DNA of 64,000 nucleotides, from contig CM119266.1 in the NCBI GenBank assembly GCA_051294375.1, positions 24,430,125-24,494,124 of the forward strand, given 5' to 3'. The stretch comes from Paraspadella gotoi (lineage: Eukaryota; Animalia; Chaetognatha). The notes under the pieces are model-generated. The model did not search any database and was not told the DNA's origin. It was given only the letters and a program-made list of their open reading frames with translations. Positions 24,943 through 38,199 of the stretch are shown here, piece by piece. Made by a program: the position numbers and the translations under genes. The stretch's first letter is position 1. The number at the start of each line of letters is the position of its first letter.

Positions 24943-25790
24943 GAGAGAGAGAGAGGAAGAGAAGAGAGAGAGAAGAAGAGAGAGAAGAGAAGAGAGAGAC
25001 AGATTAAGAGATAAGAGAGAGAGAGAGAAGAGAGAGAGAGAAGAGAGAGAGAAGAGAAGAGGGAGGAGGGGAGAAAAGGAAGGAAAACCCCGCTTCCGCA
25101 TTCCAGGGGCAACGAGGATTCGTAGATGGACAAAAAAAGGGAGGCGAACAGACAGAGAAATTTATAAAATTAAGATCAGGAGAAATTTATTGAAGCGGTA
25201 AGAATTCGATCGGCGGCGGACGCGCACGGCAAGAACCTCCTTCACAATCCAAGTTAAGGAAAAAAAAATGGTGCCACCACTCGAAGGGCAAAAAAGTGTG
25301 TGCGGACCTATCCGGGATTGGAACCCGAGCACTGTGAGTGCAGGGGTATGATTGAGAGAAGAGGAAGAGAATAGTCTATCAGCTGGCTTGATAAATTAAA
25401 GAAAGATCAAAGAAATGAAAGAGACAAGACCCTTCCTTTTTACTTTCCCTTCCTCCTTAGCTCGTCTTTAGGCTTTAATTTCCGCGCGCGCTTGCACCGA
25501 TGCGCCCCACGCCCCCCGCTCTTGTCTCCTCTTAACTCATAAAAAGTTTTGAATTGGTCCTAAAAAGAAGAAAAAAAGAAAAAAATAGAAAAATGAAATT
25601 CCCGTTAAAATACCGGAAATCGATCGAATTGGTCTTCCTCGTTACGATACGCCGTTTTCCCGCCGAAGAATTTAATGTCGCGCTTTCTCTCTCCTCTCTC
25701 TCTTTCTAATGAGCCGCGAAGACAAAGGAGGGGAAAAAAAGCGGAAGGTGAAATCTGCGTATGAGAAAAAAGAGAGAAGGGAGAAGAGGA

Positions 25791-25831
<41 letters not shown>

Positions 25832-26537
25832 AGAGAGAAGAGAGAGAGGGAGCAGAGAGAGTAGAGAGTAAGTCCTTACATTTTATAAGAAAATCATCAT
25901 CACGCTATCGGTTATACTTAAAAGAGGTATGATACTAATTTGTGGCAAGTAGGTCTTTTCGCCTTCTTGTTTGCAATAGTTGTATTGCACAAGTCTTTCG
26001 TTAACAACAGTGTCCGACACTATTGTTTTGTAACGAAACAGCGAGATTCCAGAAGGAATAGAAAAAGTGTAAGGCTCGTGTCCGTAATGTACGTATCTTT
26101 TTTCAGGTGCTTTTTGTCCATTTCTTCCTTTCCTGTCGTTTGTATTTAGCTATCTTTGTTTTCTTTCTCATCCTTTTCTCTCTTTACGCTAACTTTTTCC
26201 CCTTTTTTCCTTTCCCTTTTTCGGCTTTTTCTCTTCCTTTTTTTTTCACCTCCTCGCTCTCACCTTAAAATTATCTTCCCGGCGAGGTTAAATGAATATT
26301 ACTGGGCCATCCGACGGGGCTCTACCCTCCTCCTCATAACGCCGAGTAAATATGACAATAGGATGGAGACACAGGAAACGGAGAAAGTGAAAGATGACAA
26401 AAAAAAATTGCTTGTGATTCGTACTGAACCCGATTTTCGTTTCCTCTTTCTCAGGAAAAAAAAAGAATATGTTCAAAGCGGACCCATTATTTTCCCATTT
26501 TTCGCATTTTTCACTAAATTCAGCGAGACAGAATAAT

Positions 26538-26580
<43 letters not shown>

Positions 26581-28192
26581 GGGGGAGAGTATGAGAGAGG
26601 AGAGAGAGAGAGAGAGAGAGGAAGAGAGCAGAGATTATACTTGTTGAAAAAACAAAAAAGATGGCAGAAAAAAATACTTCAATACTTCGGATCTCAGGGA
26701 GAGAGAGAGAGGAGAGAAGGAGAGAGGAGAGGAGGAGAAGAAGAGAGAGAGAGAGAGAGGAGAGAGAGAAGAAGAGAGAAGAGAGAGAACCGAGAGAGAG
26801 AGAGTGAAAGAAAGAGAGGAGAGAAAATTTTGCAGTCTATTTTTCGCTCTGGGATCTCATTTTTTTCTTGTCGTTTCAAGCGCGCGAGGAAAGAGTTCTC
26901 GGAGCGCATAGGAACAGATGAGGCGAACACACAGGAATCCAGAATGAACAGTGGGCGGTGACTATTCGCTAAACAGACAAAGTAGATATTATTGATGAAT
27001 CACGTATAAATTCAATCAGGAGTTAAATGCCAATTGTGTGAAAACAAGATCTGATAAAATAGTTATCACGATCCCAAAGTAGGATTCTTGAAAACTGTTT
27101 CCTCCTAAGAAATTCCAGATTAACCGTGCTAGCGCAGTTCCACTACGTACGTAAAAAAGCAGAATTTACTGCCTTGGCGCCGTTTCCTTTTTTTTTTTTC
27201 CTTCGCGATTGGTCAGGTGAAGGTTCGTCACGACCCTTTCTTGGCGCAGGCAAAAGTTTCTTGAGTCGACCCGTAGACCCGAACTTTGCACACGGTAGCG
27301 CACGGCACCCGATGAACGTGACTGAAAACGAACAAGAGACCGACGCAAAACGAAAGGCCTTGAGGCGAAATAGATTGTTCAATACCCGAATGCTCGTTAG
27401 ACTCCATAAAAAAAATATTTTTTTTAGAGATGGCACAATTAACTAAAACATTGGGGTAGTTTTGGAAGTTAATAGCAACAAGGGGGTGTTACGAGTGACG
27501 ATCTTAGTAAGTCTTGTTATACTGTTTTGTTGACTAAACTCTATTTATAGTACCAGTAAATTTTATAAATGCACGTCGGTTGCGTGATAAAAATACTAAT
27601 TGATATATTCAGAAGAGTAAACTGAAAAAATGGGGATCGCGATTGATAGAAAGGACTCACACTCAAAAACTTAGATCAACCCTTTTTTTTATAACAGAGA
27701 AAGAACTAAAAGTTAAGTCAGAGCAAACAAGCGAATCCGAAATAGATCTCATCCTTCTCCTGCGGAAGATCTCTGTCTCTCTCTCCGGTCATTCCTGTCT
27801 CTTATCATCATTCTCATTCTCTCTCTCTCCTCCTCTCTCATCATCCTCGGATCTCTCTCTCTATCTCAATCCAGGACGGCATTTCCCTGTCTCTCTAATC
27901 ATTCATGCAATTGCTTCCTCCGGTTTCATCTTCTCTGCCATTAATATTATAACGGAGTTTCTTGTTCTCTTGCGTCGCTCTCCACTTGGATCAGGCTCTA
28001 AGTTTTTCCTCCGGTTTACGGCGGTACCTAGTTAATATGAAACGGGCTCCTCGAATTCGGTACTCTGCGGGTCTAATCAATTTTGTAAGGGGCAATATAA
28101 ATTGGGCAGAAGATATTCAGGCGCGTCGGCAAAAGGAATTCTGGGCAGTAGCCCTTGAATGCAACAAATACTCGCTAGAAGAAGAGAAGAAG

Positions 28193-28228
<36 letters not shown>

Positions 28229-31099
28229 AGAGAGATAGAGAGAGACGAGAGAGAGAGAGAGAGAGAGAATATGGCATGAGAACAAAGTAACGAGGTTGCA
28301 AAAATCCAATTTGCGGGCATTGGAAACGCATGCAACATTGCCCAAGACTTGAACTCGAATAAATTAATTTAGAGAGAATTATTGTATTTGACTTTCTGTT
28401 TTTGCATATTTAAAAATTTAAAATTGCTATTCCCAGCAGAACGATTTTTTTCGTTTCATCCTCTAGAGAGAATTATTTAAAAAAAGTGGAAATGCGTAAA
28501 AAAATACTGCAAAATATCCGGGAAACTTTCGTTCGTTTTTCGTCTCTCGATGTCGGCACGATTACATCATTTGGACAAAAAATCCCAGTCCACCCGAAGC
28601 GCCCTTTGTTCCGATGTAACCTAAAGTACCATTTCACCCAATCCTCTTACTAGTCACTATTGTTCCGATACAAACCTCCGCTTCACAGCCGCCGCGCCCC
28701 GCCTTACTGCCCGGCTCCCGTTGTTTTTACTGCGGCTTTAGGGGTCTTGTTAATTAAGGTCACGGGGTAAGGGAGTGAACCATAGCGTGATAATGCCACC
28801 GAAGGACGGAGAGAGAAAGTCTGAGGAAGAAAAAAGGAAGAGGAGGAGGAAACGAAAGAGGAAAGATGAGGAGGAGGAGGAGGAAGGAGGAGAAGGAAGA
28901 AGAAGAAGGAAAGGTGAAAGGAGACGCGGATGCAATTCGGGTTTTTTCGAACTCTGAAATGGCCATGCGGGGTCGATTTTGGCTTTCAGGATGGGAAGGC
29001 GAGGCGGAATCGCGGCGCCTTACATATGGACCATTTCGAACCGCTGAGAAGGGAGGGGTTGGGGAGGGGAGGGAGAGAGAGGGGGAGAGAGAGGAGAGAG
29101 AGGGAGAGAGGAAAGCAGAGCGGGAGGGAGTGAGAGAGGAAAAAGTAGTTTGAGAAAGAAAGAGACGTTCAGATAAGCAAAAAAGATACATGGCAAACTA
29201 ATGAGTGCTTCATTTGAGAATGTTCCTTTTTTTCGTTTCGTTTTTTGACAAAAATGATTAGTACGCGCTTAGTATCTTTGGTAGCCTTAGTAGTCTGTTG
29301 TAGGGCCCGCTTTGTAGGCATCATTGCGGACGGAAATACTTAATATTCATAATTTCTCTCAAGTGATTTTTTGCATTCTATTCTATTAAATAACACTCCT
29401 CTAGCAGTGCGACCCCCCCAGGTTTTTTCACTTACTTCTCTTTTTCTTTCTTGGTTTCCCTCATAATATTACACCTCAACGTCACTTACTTACTCTTTTA
29501 CCCTCACCTCACCCCTTTCTCCATCACTAACCCACTCTGCCATCACCCACCCACTCCTCACTTCTCACTCACCCTCGAAACCCATTCGCGTTATTTACTG
29601 CACCGGATATTGGACTTTTAGGAGTCATAACTTCATGGTTGAATTTCTTTTCTTGCCGCCCGGATTTCTTTTCCCCCCTGCCTTCTTCTCTCTCTCTCTC
29701 TCTCTCGTCTCTCTCTCTCTCTCTCTCTCTCTTTCCNNNNNNNNNNNNNNNNNNNNNNNNNNNNNNNNNNNNNNNNNNNNNNNNNNNNNNNNNNNNNNNN
29801 NNNNNNNNNNNNNNNNNNNNNNNNNNNNNNNTCTCTCTCTCTCTCTCTCTCTATCAATTTCCTTTCTTCCCTTTCTCCTCTTTTCGCCGCTATCCCCCAC
29901 AAAAAGCTTGTCAAAAATATTGTGAAATAAAGATTTTATGTCTGTTTACAGAATTCATAAGCTCGTCACCATTTCCTTTAATACGACAACTTTTGTTTAG
30001 AACAATTAAATTTATCTACATGATTTTTTTTCTTCTGAGATGTCGTATTTTTCTATCCGCGAAATTTTTGTAAAGTTTAGTTTCATCTTTTCAACTTGAA
30101 TTAAGCTTTGAACCTTCACTTCTTTGCTTCTTTGTTCAGTTATTCATATATCCATCTTTCCCTTTATTTCCTCTTTACTACTTCACAAAGACTATCACAC
30201 TTTTCTTTTCCCAGTCACTCATTACCTCACTCCACCCGCTTCTCACTCATTCCATTCTTCTCTTCTTTCTCAACTTACCCTTCACCAACCTCAGTACACC
30301 AACCCCCACCACCTCTGTAGAGCGAGTTACCGAGGGGATCCTCGGTCCGGGAATTCGTGGACAACGAAAGATGCATACGAATGGTTTCGTTCTCGCCCTC
30401 GCTTTGTCCCTNNNNNNNNNNNNNNNNNNNNNNNNNNNNNNNNNNNNNNNNNNNNNNNNNNNNNNNNNNNNNNNNNNNNNNNNNNNNNNNNNNNNNNNNN
30501 NNNNNNNNNNNNNNNNNNNNNNNNNNNNNNNNNNNNNNNNNNNNNNNNNNNNNNNNNNNNNNNNNNNNNNNNNCCTTCCATAGTTCTCTTTCTCTTTCTC
30601 TCCTTTCCTTCATTTTCTCTGCCTTTCATTTTATTTCAGTATATAGTATTGGAATAAATTTAAGCACTATGTTTGGAAATATTTTGAAAAATTGATTGCC
30701 GATACATGATGTCTTTGGGAGGCTGATTGGATCTTAGTGATGTGATGATTTGTCTATCACCATAAGGATTAGATCTGATTGGTTGGGTTGATTGAGTAGA
30801 TTGATTTTACCCTCATCTACTCAAGATTGATTCAAAATGATCCAGAACTGTTATTGGTCTCTTTACTGGATTGATTTAACTCAGTTTAGTCCAGCGAACT
30901 GATGCTTTGCTGTTTTGATATGATTTTTTTTTCTGTGCTTCTTGTTTTTTCTCGATTATTGCATTTTGTTTTATTCTTCTCATTATTCACATAGTTGAAC
31001 GAGAAGAAGAGGAGGGGGAGAGAGAGAAGAGAGAACAGATGAAACGAGGTAAAACTGAGATAGGCTCTGGCTTAATCTAAAGACTTGGTCTCCGAGTAT

Positions 31100-32720
31100 A
31101 GTCTGGTGAAACTCATTATTAAGCTGTGGAAGCCAGGAATACTGTGGTCGAGTGACATGGGGGGTAAGTCAACTCGGTAGTACAGGGATGCCCTGAGACG
31201 CTAGCCTTTTTTGGGAGATGATAATTGTAATAACTTCATGCATGCGCAGATGTTTCTAATTCATACACAGTTCGCCGGAGAGCCCGAATATAAAATATGA
31301 GCATTCATGACTTCATTCTAAATGTTCTAATTACTTTTTTTTTTGCTGAAAAGAAAACAGCAACAAAATTAATTGCGGATGTGTTGACAAGAGTATGCTT
31401 ATGTCAAACGAATAAACACGTAAACAAAAAAAAGGAAAATAAAAAAGGAAAAAAGAGATTCAGGGACGACAAAGTCAAAGCACACTCCGTCCACTAGGAT
31501 CGCGGCTGATGAGACGGGCAACTGACACAGCGGGACTTCGGGAAGCAAGCAGGAGTTCCCGATTCTTCGCACTGAAAGCGCAAGACACGCAAAGTCTCTC
31601 TCAATAAGAAAGATGGCTTTAGACGTTTTGCGATAATCTAGAGGCCTGCATTCGTGATGTTGAGTTTGCGCCACAAGAAAAGTCATGTTTTAGGTTTGTA
31701 GAATACATCACAGGTTTCCTAGGTCCAGCCAAAGGTAGGGCTGACAATCCAAAAGGGATGAAGCCAACGTCGGCGCCGGAGCAGTCTTGGGCCACTCATA
31801 CATTATTGAGGCATAAGTTTTTGCCATGACGAGGGGCTCGGATTCCAGGGAATATGTGGGGTTGAAGATGGTGTATGACTAACTCTTTACAATCCGAGTT
31901 TGGCCTCATTTTAAAATGATATGCATTCCCATGACAAGGGATATCCTTCCCCTGGACCGCTCGGCATCTACTAGGTACAATGAGTCTCTTGACATGCGTC
32001 AGACTTTAACCCTTTGTTACATTATTCGATCTATTTTTTTAAAAAAAATCGATTTTTTTCACACTATGAAAATTTACTTCTCTCGGCACTTAAAGGATTG
32101 TAAAATAGTAAGAGATCGAGTTTCCCGATTGAGATCTTGAAAACCAGGATGGTTTAAAGACTCGGTTTAATTAGAGTGCCATGGAAATTAGGTATTGCAG
32201 CCTGCTATATCTTGTATACAACATATTATAATAGATTAGTTATTAGAGTTGTAGGCCGCGGCTTTTGTTTTTGGGGTTCAAAAACCAAGGATGTAATTTT
32301 TTTCTTTTTGACAATGGTTCAAAAATGCCACTAGTCTCGGCGTTGGATGATCTAATTTACAAAAAATATTTAACTGTATACTTTAGAATCCTTGTATAGT
32401 CCCATTTGCTCACTTGTATATAGATAATAAAAACATTGCGAAATTTTGAGAGTGTAAAGTAGTTTAATAAATTACTGTTTGTTTTGTAAAATGTAGAATA
32501 ATCTTGGAAACATTAGATATCATGTGGTGGAAAAGTAAAAGTCTAAAAATATCCCTCTGCGCAAAACAACGCTTATTATTTTATATTGTGTGTAGACGAT
32601 TGTAATGTTGAGCTTAAGCCGCAAGTTTAGAAACAAGTAAAAAAATACTTACCGTAAAGTAACGCGGAGACATTTTAGTAAAGTAAGAAAAATATTGAAA
32701 TATGGGCAAAATGAAGATTA
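31100..32720 (+). mobile_element. hAT-superfamily transposase remnant or noisy read of one
   Basis: Collinear motifs: IAADET-x-TD 31499-31526 (DETTD catalytic motif); SDS-x-EY 31838; CxxH-region-like attccc-atg...atatcctt ~31925; TRW-like accaggatgg 32143; WWK 32525 and YP 32550; CNVE 32601; ILT 32645; RRHFSK 32665; NIE 32691 (hATC dimerisation-domain pattern). No continuous ORF; TIRs not found. Confidence 0.55.
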
Positions 32721-35700
32721 TGCTTATTCTTAACGTTAAGATTTTTTAGACGCGACCCAGCATGAATAAATGTTATGCATTTGCGTCGTATTTTGAGTGG
32801 GTTAAAAAAGATCATCGCAGTAGTTCTCTGGCAGAGCATTTTAGTTAAAACAATGAACAATATGAATTTTGAGTTAATTAAAATTCTGGTTGAACCTGTG
32901 ACAAAAAATTTTTGTCGAGATTGACCGAAACTCATATAATGTTGTATGAGCTAACAGTATAGGCGCCATCTTAAGGGACTACTAAATATTAGAAATCAAT
33001 AATAGCTTGGCAGCGTAATATAATAAGATGTATGAACTGATGTAAAAAAATGGCCATCGCTAAAATAATTATCGCTCAAGATAAAGTGGCTAATAAAACT
33101 GTTCACGAATTTTTATTCATATTGATGACAATCATCTCACAACCCTTTTGAGTACTGCGTATATGTGTAGAATTCTTAACTTTAAAAAGAAAATGGTACT
33201 ACATAAAATGTCCAAGTTTATGCAACTTTAAAAAAGAAAAATTTTTGGGCCTATTTTTAAGGTGGTATTAGAATTGTACGCCGACTTAAATTTCATTAAC
33301 ACTCAGGATGGGACAATAGAGCCAACGGTTTGAGACTAATTTTAATGTGTTAAAATATCAGCTCAATTGAGAGCGGCAAAATGATAGAATGCTTATATTG
33401 ATCCCGTGGAAAAGGGAACACTTCTGTCGCAGTTCGCGGTAGCTATGTGAAGATGGGAAAAAAGTAATAGTAAGTGTTAACTAGATCATAATGAATAGGA
33501 TAATGATCTGATAATAGAGTAATATGAATATATCAATGGAAAATGATAGATGAATATAATAATAATTAAATAGATGAAATATATAAGTATATCTAATGAA
33601 TGACGGTAATGTTTTTATAAGTGATAGTGCAGAAGAAAGAAGCAAAGAAGATATGTCGAATTTTCATGAGGAAAAGAAAGACTAACGTCGGGATATTAGC
33701 TCCCGTCAAAACGGTCCAATAGCGAGCACGATTCGTCTGATAGACGTAACTCCTGCTCTGCAGTTGTCCGACATGTCCAGATACCGGTCGGTCCACCATT
33801 CTGTCCTCAGCTGATCGTCCGTTATATTTTCAAAGAGTTGTAGGTAAGAAAATAAAAATGGCCTATCCGCCCGCGCGGCGGGCTTTATTTCGGCGTTCGA
33901 TGGCGCGAGCAAAACGAAAAACCAACGTGCCAAGGCCGAATGACGCGCGTCGACTTACAGCCTCAGCGCGCTGGGAGTGCGGCGGCGACGGGCGCGCACG
34001 CAGCGGCGATGCGCACGGCGCCGGAAAAAGCTCGGCCTGTGGCGGCGGCACACCCACTCGCCGCTCAGGAAAGAAAAAAAAAAGGTTTCGTAGTATAAGG
34101 CTTAAAGTCTGTTTATAGCTCCGCGAGTGACGATGGAGAACATTGATGGATCCAACGAATTAACTCGTGACGATACTAAGGCTGTGATCATGTTTGAGAA
34201 TTACTCAGTAAACGTAATCTGCGCGAGCATCGCTTGAGGAAGTAGGAAAGCGGCTTAGGTCGTCGTCGTCGGTCCGGTCAGTCCGGTCCTCGGTTGTTTG
34301 TATGATTCAGCGCTCTGTCGGTCGTTGCTGTCGACGCGCGAGCGGTGGACACAGTCTGGCTTGACCCTGATATTACTCTGAACTCCCCAAGGCGCTCTCT
34401 CCCTCTCTTCGTTTGTGCGGCCGGTGGCAGGTCAAGCCTATTTCCCCCCGTCAAATTTAAAAGATGACTTGAGACCCCTGGGCAGTCCAACTATGGTTCG
34501 TCCAGCAAAGACACCGAAAGAGAGGAAGTAAAGAAATGTCAGAGAGGGAGACGCCCGCGCGAGGCACACCCTATCTGGATGGCCCAGTGGGCGCTTCTGC
34601 TCCTCGTATTTATCGTCTCCTCACGTCGCGTCTCTCTCACTCTGCATCTATGTCTCGCACTCCTCGTCTCTTTCTCCTCTCACGTCTCTCCTCTTCGTCT
34701 CGTCCATCTCAGTTCTCTCTCTTTGCTGAACGCCGTCATATTTCATGCAGGGACGCTGTCGGGTAGATAGAGCGAAATGTATTGGGATTATGTGCCATTT
34801 TTCTCTTTCTCCGCTAATGTTCTCTTTTAACACTGTCAAGCTTCTTTTTTTTCTTTCCTGTCGTTTTCTTCATAGAATATTTTAGCTTGTTGTTTTTCAC
34901 GTTCTTCTTTTCTGAATCGTATCTTATCGTTTCTTTCCGTCTTTCTAGATCGTTCTGATCCCACTCTTTCCCGCAGCTTTTTTTACTTTTTTCTTGGGTC
35001 CTTAGTTTGTGACCTCGTTCTTTCTTCTCATCTTTTTTATGAGTTGCATTTCTGTTCTGATCCTACACTGTGGTCTCTCCACTTTTCCGCCGCTCTGCTT
35101 GAGATTACGTTTTCTAAATCATGGCTCAAGATCTGTCTTTTGCAGTCGCCGCCTGCGGACTCGAGTAGAATCACGCAATGCAGTGCATGGGATAGGAGAA
35201 ATATCGAATAAATTCAGAGCTAATGTCCGAACTCCACTTTTATGTCTTTTCGTTTTTTTGTTACTTTAATCAGCTGTTTTATTTGCTGTCCTCCACTCTC
35301 TCTCTCTCTCTCCATCTCGTCTCTCATGTGACTGGTCCAACCTGCGTCTCGGTTCTTTATCTTTCCGGCGGACAGTTTCAATATGAAGCAGCTCGGCCCA
35401 TCGCGTTTAATTCGGTTTTAGGAACGGGATGGGGAAGTCGAGAGAGAAATGAAGGTGGAAGCAAGAAAGCGATTGCAAGAAACGAAATGAAAAAGGGATT
35501 ACAACCGACGAAACGGAAATAAAAAAAGAAATGAATGATTTAAAATTGAAAATAAAGAAAGGAAAGAATGAGGTATAATGAATTAATGGTCCGAGGATGG
35601 GATACAGGATAATATTAACGGAATAGGAGACCTGAGAGAAAATTAGAAAAAAGTGGCGCGTGAAAAAAGAAATGAAGGAAACTCGGCAGATTCCGGATTC

Positions 35701-38166
35701 AATTAGAATGAAGAGTGAAAAGGCAACAGCGGCGGACAGCCAAAAACAAGAAGCAATGAATCGGATTAACAATGAAACAAATATTGATCTGAGCTAGCTT
35801 TACGTATTGTAGAGGGCTGAGAAAAATTGCCTAAGAGAGCAATTCGCTGAACAATGAGGGTTATAGCCACATCTTGAGCCATCTCAGAGTGGGCGTCTTG
35901 TCAGAACGCGGATGCGGCGAATGATTCAGGCACCTCGAAAGACGGAGAGAGAGATTAACGACGTACTGCTCGGAGAATATTGGGCCGCAGAGAGGCCAGT
36001 GTGCGGAACATACGTATGCATCGGTGGAGCGTCGTCAAGCGTGTAATCGGTCTGGATGCGAGTCGTTGTGGCTGTTGTTATGATCGAAGAGAGAGCCAGC
36101 AAGCACGTCAGACTTTTTAATTTACTGCCGCAGTTAATTGTCCGTGGTTTTCATATATAAGCATTCGAGGACACGGTTTTAAGAGTGAAAGGTAGCGTGC
36201 GGGTCAGTAGATTTCTGTGTCGTTGAATTGATTTTTGTGGCAGGATAAGCATCAGTGCAGGAGTATCTCAGCATGGAAGGCAGTTGGATATGTCAGTTGT
36301 TAAAGAACAAGGTAGAGTTGTAACTAATTTAACTCTCCACGAGCGACGGAACTGAGATATCCCGCTGACCGAAGCGTGTGCAATTTATCCGGCAAAGCGC
36401 AGCTGGCATCCTTTTCCGAGTTGATGTGTGTTAGCGAGTTTCTTTGGCTCTCTTTTCTGGCTTCTAGGTAAAAAGTCGTCGGAATCATATTGGGTAAGAA
36501 GATATACCATGCTTATTGAAGCTATACGTAATCCGCAGCGTTTCGGTATAGTTTATCGAACTCAGCCTGTGCTCTAGCTGTGTGGAACGGAGAAGAGCAA
36601 GCGAGAGAGAGAGAGAGAATGAGAGAGACGAGAAGAGAGCAGGAGAGAGGGATGATGTAGTGGAGCGAGAGGAGAGAGTGAGAGGAGAGAAGTAGAGCCA
36701 GACGGAGAGAGAGATGAACTACTGGTGGCTGACCGCCTCGTAGAGTGAGGCTACTGTCGACAGACATTGCTGGTTTACAGGGAGTGTCAGGACTTGACCT
36801 CTCCGTCGCAATGTATGTCGAAAAAGAACGTCCTGTAGTCTGCTAGGTTTTGTGATGTTATGTGGTCGGACGACACAGCGAGCGCGCGTCTTGTCACGCT
36901 CTCCGAAAACAGCAGAGATTCTGTTCCTCGGACGCGTCAAGGCTTCGGGGCAGTGGGCACGACTCCCGGTGTCCACGTCGCGCCTGTGGGTGCCCTCCTA
37001 CTTGACCCGCTTCTTACTGCTGCATCCACACAGGCCAATCACCCCGCTACCTGCTTAAGCGTACTGATCCTTCGCTGACCGCCTGCCCGCGTAGAGGTGA
37101 TGTTGGACTTTGCAACGCGCACCCTTCGGCTCGGTCGGTCGCTCGGTCGCGCCCGCCCCCGCTCCACATCCAACCCTCTGGAACACGGTATTCGGCGTGG
37201 GAAGTCGGACAAAACCCTCCGGGGGCTGGCGCTATTAAGGGAGGTGGGCGCCGGTCTCGCGGCGCCGTCTGCCTTCCCGGCGGTGGCCGATGCTCCTCGA
37301 ACCGCTCCCGCCGCGATCCGACGCGGCACCGACCGGACGGATCACGGGGCCGAATATTCACGGCCGGCCGGCGCACCGGGACGGGCGCGGACGGGTTCGA
37401 AATACCGGTCGAACGAAAGACTCCCGACCGCGGAGATTGCCGAGATTTGTCTTCTTTTTTTTTCATTTTCTATTCGTTTTTCTTTGTAAGCGGTGCACCT
37501 AGCGAAGCCATCGCGCGCGGTCGTGTCGCGCGCGCCGCAGGAGGGCCGAGTCGCTCGGGAATCAGGATTGGAGGATAAGCAGTGGAAGGAACGAACAAGA
37601 GGAGCGGGAGAAATCGTGACCGCCGAGAGGAGGTCAAGTGGCGTGCCCAGGGAATGGGGGAGGGGAAAGAATCGAGGCGAAAGCGAAATGGAAGCGACCA
37701 AGATAACTGAAAGAGAATAAATACAAGGAAAAGGTAGAGAGTAAGATGTAAGCGTGATAGGGGAATCAACGTGGAACCGCGCCACACGTTCATGTTATGG
37801 GGTGCGCGTCTAGTGAAGTAATGGTCGTTGAAGATAACGAGAGCGAGGAGGCAATTCTACAGAGACCAAAAGGCAGTGACCGTTGGGCAAGACAAGAATG
37901 CTTCGTCTTGGTAGGTATAGGAGAAATGAATAAAAGGGACGAAAAAAAAGGAAAATAGGAAGAAAGGAGGAGAAGGGCAGCCGGATACATGGAAAGAATG
38001 AGAGGGCGGCGGACGGGGGGCAGTGGGCGGGCGCGTCCAGAGGGACCAAGAAAGGGCGTTCGGCGGGTAGAGGAAGAGACGCGGGGAGACCGGAGACGCA
38101 GGGGTCGCGAGACTGACGCCTCCTGGAGCGTACGGAAAGGCAGCCCGGCGGGCGGACAGAGGAGAA

Positions 38167-38199
<33 letters not shown>

